The position numbers were made by a program, and so were the translations under genes. This document shows positions 39,199 to 52,287 of a stretch of 64,000 nt of DNA, piece after piece. This stretch comes from the human T2T-CHM13v2.0 reference genome, Homo sapiens. The stretch is from NCBI RefSeq assembly GCF_009914755.1, contig NC_060925.1, one strand, 5' to 3'. Below the pieces are notes generated by a model that worked only from the letters and a program-made list of their open reading frames with translations, did not search any database and was not told the origin of the DNA. Every line of letters begins with the position of its first letter. The stretch's first letter is position 1.

Positions 39199-40570
39199 TA
39201 AATGTTTTATTTTAGGTTCAAGGATACATGTTGATAGGGTTTGGCCATGTCCCCACTCAAATCTCATCTTGAATTGTAACTCCCACAGTTCCCACCTGTC
39301 GTGAGAGGAACCCAGTGGGAGGTGATTGAATTATGGGCCAAGTCTATCCTGCACTGTTCTCATGATAGTGAATGAGTCTCACAAGATCTGATGGTTTTAA
39401 AAATGGAAGTTTCCTTATACAAGCTCTCTTCTCTTGCCTGCTGCCATGTGAGTCGTGCCTTTCACCTTCCACCATGATAGTGAGCCCCCCCACCCCTCCA
39501 GCTATGTGGAACTGTAAGTCCAATAAATCTCTTTCTTTTGTAAGTTGCCCAGTCTAGGGTATGTCTTTATCAGCAGCATGAAAACAGGCTAATACACATG
39601 TGTAGGTTTGCTATATAGGTAAATGTGTGTCATAAGGGTTTGATGTACCGATCATCACCCAGGTACCAAGCCCAGTACCTAATAATTATTTTTTCTGCAC
39701 CTCTCCATCCTGCCACCCTCTACCCTCTGGTGGGCCCCAGTGTCTGTTGTTCCTCTCTTTGTGTCCATGTGTTCTCATTATTTAGCTCCCACTTATAAGT
39801 GAGAACATGTGGTATTTGATTTTCTGTTAATTTGATAAGAATCATGTCCTCTAGCCCCATCCATATTTCTGTAAAGCACACAATCACCTTCTTTTTAATG
39901 GCAGCATAGTATTCCATGGTGTATATGCACCACATTTTCTTTACCCATGCTTCCACTGATAGGCATTTCAGTGGATTCCAGGTCTTTGCCATTGTGGATA
40001 GTGTTGCAATGAACATACACATGCTTGTATCTTTATGGTAGAATCATTCGTATTCCTTTGGGTGTATACCCAGTAATGGGATTGCTAAGTCGAATGGTAG
40101 TTCTGTTTTTAGTTCTTTGAGGAATCACTACAGTACTTTCCACAATGGTTGAACTAATTTACACTTCCACTAACAGTATATAAGCATTCCTTTTTCTCTG
40201 CAGCCTTGCCAGCATCTGTTATTTTTTTACTTTTTAATAATAGCCATTCTAACTGGTGTGAGATGGGATCTCATTGTGGTTTTGACTTGCATTTCTCTAA
40301 TAATCAGTGATATTGAACTTTTAAAATATGCTTGTTGGCCGCAGGTATGTTTTCTTTTGAAAAGTGTCCATTCATGTCCTTTGACCATTTTTCAAGCAAT
40401 TGCAACAAAAACAAAAATCGGCAAATGGGATCTAATTAAACGAAAGAGCTTCTGCACAGCAAAAGAAACTATCGACAGAGCAAACAGAAAAATTAGAGAA
40501 AATATTAGCAAACTATGAATCTGACAAAGTCTAATATGTAGCATCTATAAGGAACTTAAATTTACAAGAA
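39199..40570 (-). mobile_element. Truncated L1PA (about L1PA15-16) with a 5' inversion
   Basis: Minus-strand 3' end at 39199-40392 and a plus-strand ORF2 piece at 40393-40570; TSD TAATTGCTG(A)GGTTTT at 39183-39198 and 40571-40585. Confidence 0.88.
39232..39596 (+). mobile_element. THE1A/B solo LTR
   Basis: TGATAGGGTTTGG...GGCTAATACA, 365 bp; perfect 5-bp TSD CATGT. Confidence 0.92.
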
Positions 40571-40694
40571 TAATTGCTGGGTTTTGAACTGCATGGTGAT
40601 GGGAGCTTACAATTTTACTTGGCAAACACTTATTCCTTGGTGTAACTCACTACAATGACTGCCATAACTCACAGTCTCACCAAAACTTGGGTAA

Positions 40695-41013
<319 letters not shown>

Positions 41014-41675
41014 CTTATTTTACTTTTTAATAATCTTTCTTAAATAAATGTATAGCCCACATTTATTTCAATGTTTAAAAGTAGAAAGGTTTTGGTCTTT
41101 GTTTAGAAGCTTGGTGATGTTTTTGTGAGCAGAAATATGCCTTAGGAACTTAATTCTTGTTTATATCAATTAGCCTATGGTAAAATTGGTCTAATTATAC
41201 ATCGTTTTGCTTAAAGTTGCAGTTTCCAAGAACCTATGGACAACGTTAAGTGAGGACTTACTGCACTGCAAAAGTGATGGATGTTACTTTCAAGATTAGG
41301 TTATGAAAGACTGTGACTTCCATCTGCTTGCCCTCTCTCTGGGCTCTTCTCACTTGTTCACTCGGAGGGAAGCTGGCTGTCATGTTGCTGGCTGCCTTAC
41401 AGAGAAGCCAAGGAAGTGAGGGCAGCCTCCAATGAACAGCCTTTGAGAAATGTGGGACCTCAGTACAGCAGCAGACGAGAAACTAAATCTTGCCATCAAC
41501 CACGTGAATGAGATAGGAAACTGATCCTTGAGATGCTGTAGCCCCAGCCAACACCTTGACGGCTTTGTGACAGACCCTGAGCCAGATGATCTGGTTAAAC
41601 TGTACCAGGAATCCTGACCCACAGAAACTGTGAGATCATAACTATTTGTTGTTTTAAGATGCTAAGTTTAGGAAT

Positions 41676-41886
41676 TTTATTTATTTATTTATTTATTTAT
41701 CTCACTCTGTTGCCCAAGCTGGAGTGCAGTGGCATGATCATGGCTGACTGCAGCCCCAAATCCTTGGGCTCAAAGGATCCTCCCACCTCAGCCTCCCTAG
41801 TAGCTGGGACCACAGGCATGTGTCACCACACTCAGCTAACTTTTTATTTTTTTGTACAGATGGGGTCTCGTCATGTTGCCCAGGCC
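41676..41886 (-). mobile_element. 5'-truncated AluJ
   Basis: GGGCTCAAAGGATCCTCCCACCTCAGCC with a (TTTA)n tail. Confidence 0.88.
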
Positions 41887-42044
41887 AAGACATTTTTATA
41901 CAGTAATAGATAACTAATACATTCTCCAACTTTCTTTACTAGTTTTTTATTTTTTTCTTTTCTTGGGGGGAAGGTATTAATATTAACAGTATCATGGATA
42001 GCCTTCCATGTCATTATATTTAGTGTTATTGCATTTTTTTAAGA

Positions 42045-42237
42045 GGTGGATTGCTAAATACTGTTCAGATTGTGAATTGCAAAGGAGCACCTGGCAAAGG
42101 AAGGTAACGAGGATTAAAATCCAGCCCACACTCCACTCACCAAATGGTGCATCCTAGCATGTGCCTGGTTCACCCAGAGGAGGGGATCTTTTTTAAAAAT
42201 TTACACAAACGTGGCCTCTGGGCTAGTGGCAGCCCTG
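42045..42237 (+). mobile_element. MER91A (hAT-Tip100)
   Basis: AAATCCAGCCCACACTCCACTCACCAA...GGGCTAGTGGCAGCCCTG. Confidence 0.75.
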
Positions 42238-42620
42238 TTAACAGTCATATAATATTCCATGATATGAATGTACTATAATTTAGTTAACCAATCATCTTTT
42301 TGGCCATTGAGATTGCTTCCTGTGCTGTTACTGCAAACAACCCTGTAATTAGTAGCCTCCTTGTACAAAGATATTTATATTCCTGTACAAACATTTCTGT
42401 AGTAAAGATTCCAAAATAGGATTCCTGGACCATAAATTATGTCCATCTTTAATATTGATAGATTCTGACAAATTAACCTTACTACAAGTTTTACCTGTTT
42501 ATACTCCCAGCAAGTATAAAGATGTTGCTTTTTTCCTTACCCCTCACTGACACTGGATGAGATCAATCTTTTAAATATTTGCCGATCTGATACATGAAAA
42601 ATTTTATCTCACGGTTTTAT
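42238..42620 (-). mobile_element. Ancient L1ME 3' region (host of the nested stack)
   Basis: ATAATATTCCATGATATGAATGTACTATAATTTAG...TTTATACTCCCAGCAAG; similar text at ~38590-38650 and ~41990-42040. Confidence 0.65.
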
Positions 42621-43074
42621 AGATCATTCATAGCAAATCAAATATTGTTAACTTTCTTTTCTCTGGGTCAGGACAATTTCATTGTTATCTGAGTCGATCG
42701 GTCTTTTTCCTCAAATATGTAGGCAATGTTGAATAAATCTGTTAGAGATCAGAGAATCAAATCCTACCCAACCAACGTCCATTCACTTCGTCCTATCTCT
42801 TATGTGAAATGTTAGTAGGAGAGAGAAATACAACACCTAGTGAGTGTAGTTAAGGGTAAGGTTTCAGCAAAGGTCTTCTAGCACTTGACTTTCTGATCAT
42901 AAGTCTCAGTAAAAATCTTGTTGACTCTTCACCAGATTTGCTTGTTTAGCCACCACCACCCCCTTTGCAAATAAGATCACTTTCATTCAACTATTTTGAC
43001 GTAGGTAGTATGAAGAGAACCAAACGCTAGTGAGAATACCAAGGCATTGTAAGTCTTGCTTTTTTACTAGATGT

Positions 43075-43515
43075 ATGTGTTAGTCCATGTTGTCAGACAA
43101 GCAGACACCAAGATGAGAATTACAGATGTAAAGAATTTTATTAGGGAAAAAAGCCTGTGGTAAAAAATGGTGATGGAACCAGGGAAAGCCAGACAGTGTT
43201 GCAAGGCTGGCCCAAGGGAAGGGAGAGAGAGTAGTTTGGGTACAAATATCCTAGACTGCCATGCAGCCTAAAAATGTTTCAGCAAGACTCAGAGAGTCCT
43301 CAAAGCAAAGTCAGTCATAAGAGGGGTCTGTTGTCTCCCAGGGTCCAGCCTATCTTAGTATCCCTGCCACACTCAGTCACTGGCTGGGAGAAGCCAGTGG
43401 AAAGAGCAGCCTCGGTGTGATAAATTTCAGAGAACAGCAGCCAGGGTCCTTGATCAATTACCCTCTGTAGGGTTGGAGACCTACCAGGCTCATTGTCAAG
43501 GATGCCATCGCATAT
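43075..43515 (-). mobile_element. LTR16-like (ERVL) solo LTR
   Basis: TGTGTTAGTCC...AAGCAGACACCAAGATG...TTTATTAGGGAAAAAAGCCTGTG. Confidence 0.65.
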
Positions 43516-43665
43516 TATCAATAAGCTAATCTGCAGACAGAACCTCAGTAGAATCATAACAATAGGAAATAGAATACTTGTGCTTCATTTCTAGTTTGTT
43601 GTTTTCATAATGCAACTGCTTGCCTTATTCCCAAATAATAAAAGAAAGCATTTCTATTTGGTTGA

Positions 43666-44038
43666 TGTGATGCTTAATACTGAGTGTCAACTTGATTGAA
43701 GAATGCAAAGTATTGTTCCTGGGTGTGTCTGTGAGGGTGTTGCCAAAGGAGATTAACATTTGAGTCAGTGGACTGGGAAAGGCAGACCTATCCTTAATCT
43801 GGGTGGGCACAGTCTAATCAGCTGCCAACATGGCCAGAATAAAAAGCCAGCAGAAGAACGTGAAAAGACTAGACTGGTTTAGCCTCCCAGCCTACATCTT
43901 CCTCCTGTGCTGGATGTTTCCTGCCCTCAAGTATCAGACTCCAAGTTCTTCAGCTTTGGGACTCAGACTGGCTTCCTTGCTCCTCAGCTTTCAGACAGCC
44001 TGTTGTGGGACCTTGTGATCATGTGAGTTATACTCCTC

Positions 44039-44091
<53 letters not shown>

Positions 44092-44126
44092 GTGTATATA
44101 TATATAAAATAGGATATATATATACA

Positions 44127-44157
<31 letters not shown>

Positions 44158-44197
44158 CCTATTAGTTCTGTCCCTCTAGAGAACCCTGACTAATACA
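43666..44197 (+). mobile_element. MLT2A1 (HERV-L) solo LTR with an expanded (CA)n/(TA)n tract
   Basis: TGTGATGCTTAATACTGAGTGTCAAC...CTAGAGAACCCTGACTAATACA; perfect TSD GTTGA. Confidence 0.93.
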
Positions 44198-46454
44198 GTT
44201 GATGATTGCATAACTTTCCTAACTCCCACGGAATAAAGATGAAGATTGTAAAACAGAAATAGCTGGAATTCTATGTGTAAGAAACAATAAATGAACAGGA
44301 ATTTGGGGATGGAGAACAGCAAAGAAGAAAGAAAGCTGGAGAGAAAGAAGGTAGAAGAACACAGTAGCAACCAAGAAATCCTCAGAGGCAGGTGGCCAGG
44401 GAGAAAATCCCCATGGAAGGCCAGATGAAGGATATTGAAAAATAAAAATGTCTAGCAATCAGAATAAGGGCTTTTTTTCTGCAAAGCATCAGCAATCAGA
44501 TATACAAATTTTCAATTTCCTACTAGATTTTTAAGTGCTAGATTTTGGAAGTGGGGGCAGGGAGTTAAATACTAGTGCCTCTCTAAATGTATGTCTTAGA
44601 CATTATATTTGAATTATTTCTCTTAGTCTTCAGGGACTTTTTTATGTTGAACTCTAAGGAATAATCCAAATATTTTGGCTAAATTCAAATTTGTTTTTAT
44701 CAATTCTTCTTTTAGAGGCTCATAAGCTGAAACTTAGAAATGTCTCATGGCATGCAAATACTGTCATAATTATTCAATCTCTTTATGTGTTTGTGCTGGT
44801 CAAATCTTAGCCTTACCTATTAGATTGTAAACCCTTTAGGAATATCTTAAAGCATATAAATATTTTCTATAGCCCCTGCATTTCTCATGGCAGAATCATT
44901 ATGTGATTGTGATCATAATGTTTGAATCCCATAGGTCTGCATACAAATGTAAAATATTTTATACACACATTAATACAAATCCAGTAGGTTTCCGCTGATC
45001 TATTTCCTCCATCACTTCTTGGCTGCATTTAATACTGTTGATCAATCACGTATCAAAGGTCCCTTCTTCCTGGACTTCCATTGTATTAACTTCTTGGCTG
45101 TCCTCCTAGCTCCCTGCCTCCTCTTGTTCCATATCTTTGGCTTTCCATCATCTCTTAATTTTTAATATCACACATCAATCTTTCTGAAAGCTTTCATTTC
45201 ATGGTTCCATTATCACCCCTAACCTAATGCTCCCATTTACATCCCCAAATCTTACTGAGCTTTGGTCCTGTATTTCCAACTTCCTCTAGGATAGCTTCTC
45301 TAAAATATTTTGCTATCATTTGCCAGATCTGTTTGGTCCAAAGCTTTCTCTTGCTATCACTTATCACTTTCTCATTCATCAGTAGCATTTCATTGTCTTC
45401 CATTCACTCAAAGGAAACTTTAATGACAGCTTTGAATTCTTCTTGTTTATTCCTCTCCCCACATCTAACTGCTTTACCAAATTGTATTTCTCTTTTATTT
45501 GTGAAACAATATATCAGCTGCCTGTCTGACTTCAGGTTCTTCAGCTTACTGTGGTTGCCCAGTCCTTTAGGATTTAAATAAAAATGGTCTCAAATCCCCT
45601 TTCACCATTTCAGAGGAAACTCAAGGACTCTCTCAATGTTCCCAGAGTTTTCTGGGGATCTCATATTTCAGCTAGTCATTTTGGTACTTATTTGCTTCTT
45701 CTGATGAATTTTCAGTCTCCTTCCTAGTTCACTTCATGTGGCTGTTCACATTTTATACCCTGTTTGGACCCTCAAATGAAAAATGTTCCTTTTTCCTTAT
45801 TTTACCTCAATACCTCTCACCTGACAAAGTTCTGTAGAGCAAACTTTACTGAAGATTTCAATAGTAATGACAAGGGGCTTGTGTGATTGTCTGCAGAGCA
45901 GACAGCAAAACTAAATATTCAAACTTCTCCATTTTTAAGAGTTATATATTTATTCATGTCACTGTGGAATATTCACTTCTTCCTTTTACTAGGGCTCTAG
46001 TCCCCATAGTTTCTGAGTTCTCTCTTTAATCGCCTATCTTCTTCTCAGCCTTCTCATCCTCCACCACAACCTCAAGTCAGTTCCTAGTCATTTTTCATGC
46101 AGGTAAAGTGGAGACAACTGTGACTCTCAAAACAGTGTGGCTATCACTTTATCTCACAACATTGAGAGCTTCTTACAAGTGAGCATCACTTTTGAGTCCT
46201 TTTTGTAAGGCCTATCATGCCTGATCCAATGACTACCATAGAGTAGGCTCTCAATAAATGGTTAATGAATTCAGTTTGGGTGGGGTAATTCCCTTTGAAA
46301 ATGCAAATTGGTTTTTTTTTCACTTTGTAGTTTGCCTTTCAATGCAAATAACTAAACTGAAAACTCATTCCCATAGGTAGGCCAAACTTGGAAGGGTTAA
46401 AAAATCTATACCATGTATGATACCAAATAATCTGTTGGATTGATTTTTGACATT

Positions 46455-46817
46455 TGATATGGTTAGGCTTCATGTCCCCACCCAAATCTCATCTTGAATT
46501 GTAATCCCCAGGTGTTGAAAGAGAGACCTGGTGGGAGGTGACTGGATCATGGGGGTGGTTTTCACCATGCTGTTCTCATGATAATGAATAAGTCTCATGA
46601 GATCTGATGGTTTTATGAAAGGCAGTTCCCCTGCACTCGCTCACACACTCCCTCTGCTGCCTTGTGGAGAAGATGCCTGCTTTGCCTTCCGCCATGATTG
46701 TAAGTTTCCCGAGGCCTCCCCAGACATGAGGAACTGTGAGTCAATTAAACCTCTTTCCTTCATAAATTACCCAGTCTTAGGTATTTCGTTATAGCAGTGC
46801 GAAAATGGACTAATACA
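46455..46817 (+). mobile_element. THE1D/MSTA-type solo LTR
   Basis: TGATATGGTTAGGCTT...GGACTAATACA; perfect TSD ACATT. Confidence 0.92.
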
Positions 46818-47569
46818 ACATTAAAATACTCAATTCCTTGGAAACTATTTAATAGAAATTTGTATTTACTAGTTCAATAAATACTCATTAAACATCATCT
46901 GTGTATATTCTGTGTATATGCCAGGAGCTTGGTAGACTCCAAAGCTAATTACACATGGTCCTGACTCAGGATACCTGCAATCTATAGTGGTGACAAAGAT
47001 TCATATAGTTATGATATGAAGTTAATGTACAGTCCACAGAGGGTTGCATTCTCTCAGTTGGTATAAGAATGGTCTGATTAAAACCTTCAGAGGGACAAAA
47101 GTTGTTGAGGCATGGGAATAGTAGAGGTGACCAACCCTTCAACTGGAATCTTGTGTTGACCTTGACATGTCATCAGAGGCTTATATCAAGTTCATGATTT
47201 GACTTTATTTATATATTTTATCTTGAAAAGCTTGCAATTTTAAATATCTCTAGAAAGCAAATAGAATTTTGTTCTGGATTTCACATTTCCATGCTTTTCT
47301 GAAAGCTACCATTCTTTTTCCATTACCACAACTGACACTCTACTTTCACTCACTGAAGGGATCAGAGATGGCTCTGAAATTCAGTCAGATGCATCATGGT
47401 CCCTCACACGCTACTAGCTTCATGGCCACAACCAATCAGACCTGACCACCTCCAAGTGAGAAGGGGCCATTTGGTCAAACACCAGCCACTGAAATCCAGT
47501 CTGTAATGCCCTTGCCTAATGACATTGTACCTGTGATTAGACACCACTGATAAAAAAGACCTCACTTCT

Positions 47570-48260
<691 letters not shown>

Positions 48261-48379
48261 TAACTACAATAGAATAAAACAAGACGACCACCTCCATAAT
48301 TTTCAACATGAACTACTATTAATACTTCTTAAAAGCACATTTTTGTGGCCATTCACAATATTTTTTTTACGTACTGAGG

Positions 48380-50531
48380 TTTTTTAAATTTTTATTTTAG
48401 GTTCAGGGGTACATATGAAGGTTTGTTATATAGGTAAATTTGTGTCATGGGGGTTTATTGTACAGATTATTTCGTCACCCAGGTATTAAGCCCAGTATCC
48501 AGTAGTTATCTTTTTTGCTCCTCTCTCTCCTCCCACCCTCCACCCTCAAGCAGATCCCAGTGTCTATTTTTTCTTTCTTTGTGTTCATAAGTTCTTATCA
48601 TTTAACTCCCACTTACAAATGAGAACATTCGGTATTTGGTTTTCTGTTCCTACATTAGTTTGCTAAGGATAATAGCCTCCAGCTCCATTCATGTTCCCAC
48701 AAAAGACATGATCTCATTCCTTTTCATGGCTGCATAGTATTCCATGGTGTATATGTACCACATTTTCTTTATCCAATCTGTCATTTATGGACATTTAGGT
48801 TGATTCCATGTCTTTGCTATTGTGAATAGTGCAATTAACACTCATGTGCATGTGTCTTTATGACAGAATGATTTATATTCCTTTGGTTATATACCCAGTA
48901 ATGGGATTGATGGGTCGAATGGTATTTCTGCTTTTAGCTCTTTGAGGAACTGCCATACTGCTTTCCATAATGATAGAACTAATTTACACCCCTGCCAACA
49001 GGGTATAAGCATTCCCTTTCCTCCACAACCTTGCCAGCATCTATCATCCTTTGACTTTTTAATAATAGTCATTCTGACTGGTGTGAGATGCTATCTCGTC
49101 GTGGTTTTGATTTGCATTTCTCTAATAATCAGTGATACTGAGATTATTTTTCATATGCTTATTGGCTACATGTATGTCTTCTGAGAAGTGTCTGCTCATG
49201 TCCTTTGCCCACTTCTTAATGGAGTTGTTTTTCTCTTGTAAATTTAGTTCCTTATAGATGTTGGATATTAGACCTTTGTCAGATGCAAAGTTTGCAAATA
49301 TTTTCTCCCCTTCTGTAGGTTGTCTGTTTACTCTGTTGTGATTTTCTTTTTGCTGTGCAGAAGCTCTTAAGTTTAATTAGATCCTGTTTGTCAATATTTG
49401 CTTTTGTTGTGATTGCTTTTGGTATTTTTGTCGTGAAATCTTTGCCCATTCCTATGCCCAGGATGATATTGCCTAGGTTGTCTTCCAGGGTTTTTATAGT
49501 TTTGGGTTTTACATTCAAGTCTTTAATCCACATTGAGGTGGTTTTTGTCTAAGGAAGGGGTCCAGCTTCAATCTTCTGCATATGGCTAGCCAGTTATCCC
49601 AGTACCATTTATTGAATAGGGAGTCTTTTCCCCATGGCTTGTTTTTTCAGTTTTGTCAAAGATCAGATGGTCATAGATGTGTGACCTTATTTCTGGGCTC
49701 TCTATTCTATTCCATTGGTCTATATGCCTGTTTTTGCACCAGTACCATGATGTTTTGGGTACTGTAGCCCTGTAGTATAGTTGAAGTCAGTTAACATGAT
49801 GCCTCCAGCTTTGCTCTTTTTGCTTAGGAATGCCATGGCTATTCAGGTTCTTCTTTGATTCCATATGAATTTTAAAGTACCCTTTCCTAGTTCTGTGAAG
49901 AATGTCATTGGTGGTTTGACAGGAATCATATTGAACCTATAAATTGCTTTCAGTGGTATGGCCATTTTAATGATATTGATTCTCACTATACATGAACGTG
50001 AGATGTTTTTCCATTTGTTTGTGTCATCTCTGATTTCTTTGAGCAGTGTTTTGTAATTCTCATTATAGAGATATTTTACCTCCCTAGTTAGCTGTATTCC
50101 TAGGTATTTTATTCTTTTTGTGGCAATTGTGAATGGGATTGCCTTTTTGATTTGGCTCTTGTCTTGGCTGTTGTTGGTGTATAGGAATACTAGTGATTTT
50201 TGTAGATTGATTTTGTATATTAAAACTTTGTTGAAGTTGTTTATCAGCTGAAGGAGCTTTTGGGCCGAGAATATAGGGTTTTCTAGATATAGAATCATGT
50301 CATCTGCAAACAAAGATAGTTTGACTTTCTCACTTCCTATTTGGATGCCCTTTATTTCTTTCTCTTGCCTGACTGCTCTGGCTAGGACTTCTAATAATAT
50401 GTTGAATAAAAGTGGTGAGAGGGAGCGTCTTTGTCTTGTGCTGGTTTTCAAGGGGAATGCTTCCAGCTTTTGCCCATTCAGTATAATGTTGGCTGTGGGT
50501 TTGTCATAGAGGGCTCTTACTATTTTGAGGT
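48380..50531 (-). mobile_element. 5'-truncated L1PA (about L1PA15-16)
   Basis: T tail and 3' UTR at the left end; ORF2 remnants to the right. Confidence 0.95.
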
Positions 50532-50538
50532 TACACAC
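49843..50538 (-). pseudogene. L1 ORF2 reverse-transcriptase fragment (non-functional)
   Basis: 231-aa frame with [16 protein letters not shown] and KYLGIQLT motifs; truncated and followed by stops. Confidence 0.9.
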
Positions 50539-51428
50539 TGAATTTTATGTTAGCTAAAATTTCTAACTCCTTTTCACATATGCTATGGCTAAGCCATATA
50601 TACCTGCCATATAGTAAGGGCTTGACAAATGTTAGCTATCATTATTAGCAGTTACTGTTTTTGTGAAAATAATTTTGATAAGTATGCTCTCCACAAGTTT
50701 GTCTAAACAATTAATTTAAACTTTTAAAAAATAAGACAAAGTATGGTTGAAGATGAAGTACACAGCATCCTTCTAACAACCCTCTCTCCTGAGTAACATC
50801 AATCCTGTACTTAAACTGCATTGGGCATGGACATTAAACCAGTTGCTAATCTACCCTGTTGTCTTTAGGAGACCAAGGTTTCCTTAGTATCACTTAGATC
50901 TGGATATGATGAGGTCCCATAGAACACAAATATCATTCACTAGGTTTGCCTCCCCCTGCTTCTGCAGATCCTCCCAGCCCAACAGAAAAACACACATCCC
51001 GGCTTGCTCCCTCCACTTCTACCTTGTAATCTGTGTACAATTCTCCTGGATGTTCCTGATGGTGTCTCCTACTTGCTAGTGTATATTTCTTTTTAGTTAC
51101 TTTGTGCCATCTACCAGACACCATTGTTAATTCCACTGGGTACTATTACTTTTGGTGACCACAGCTACCATCCCTACTTGGTATAACACCAGTTGCTACT
51201 GCCAGGAACCATTGCTGTCTTCCAGTGCTTTCCCATATAGCACTGTTTTTGCTTTTGCCAACTCTGGTCCAACATGTAATTGCTTATACTAGACTCTCCA
51301 GTTCACCAAAGTGGGCTGTGATTTGTGGCAGATTTGGTGAGACTTTCTCATGCTTTTGAGCTACTGTTTGTTGGAAGGGCCCAGTTCAGTGTTGCTTAGG
51401 CCTTGATATCTTAATAAATTTTGGCATA

Positions 51429-51825
51429 TGCTATGGTTTGAATGTGTACACTCCAAAATTCAGTTGTTGAAACTTAATGGCCAATGTGATAGTATGAAGA
51501 GGTGAGACCTTTAGGAAGTGAGTAGACCATAAGTGCTCCTCCCTCATGAATGGGATTAAGGCCCTTATAAATGAGGCTTCACACAGCATTTGGATCTTTT
51601 GCCCTTCTGTCTTCAACCACGTGAGGACACAGCATTCCTCCCCTCTGGAAGATCAGCAGCAAGCACCATCTTAAAAGCAGAGAGCAGCCCTCAGCAGACA
51701 ATCAGATCTGCTGGTGTCTTGATCTTGGACTTCCCAGCCTCCAAAACTTAAGAAATAAATTTCTGTTCTTTATAAATTACCCAGTCTTAAGTATTTTGTT
51801 ATAAAACCACAAACAGACTAACAAA
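51429..51825 (+). mobile_element. MST-family solo LTR (MSTB/MSTD-like)
   Basis: TGCTATGGTTTGAATGTG...GAAACTTAATGGCCAATGTGATAG...AAATTACCCAGTC...CAGACTAA. Confidence 0.85.
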
Positions 51826-52287
51826 GTACATTTTTTCATTTTTCTTTTCTTATTTTTTGGAGGGAGGAGTTTACATGTATAACCTCTTTTCCAGGGCTGA
51901 AACACTGGCTCCTGTGGCTGAGCCAGGAAGCGGGTCAGATTTGCTCTTCCTCTCCAACCATGATGCTTTGTTTTCTTGTCAAGTTTTTAACTGGTTTCCT
52001 CTTCCTTTTGGGTAAATTATCTCTCAGAAGCTGCCTCTGTCTATCTCCAGCATCAATCATGCAGCAAAAGCTTGAACCTCAAACGTGTGAACTCTACTAC
52101 AAACACCCCCCCACACACACACACATACACACACACACACACAACTACCACCTATGGACTCCTTTCCATGTGTGTGTCCCATGAAAAACTTTACCTATAT
52201 TACCTCATTTCAATCATCACAGTAATCCTTACATGGGGCAAATATTATAATATCTATGAAGACACTAAGATTCCAAGAGTTCACATG

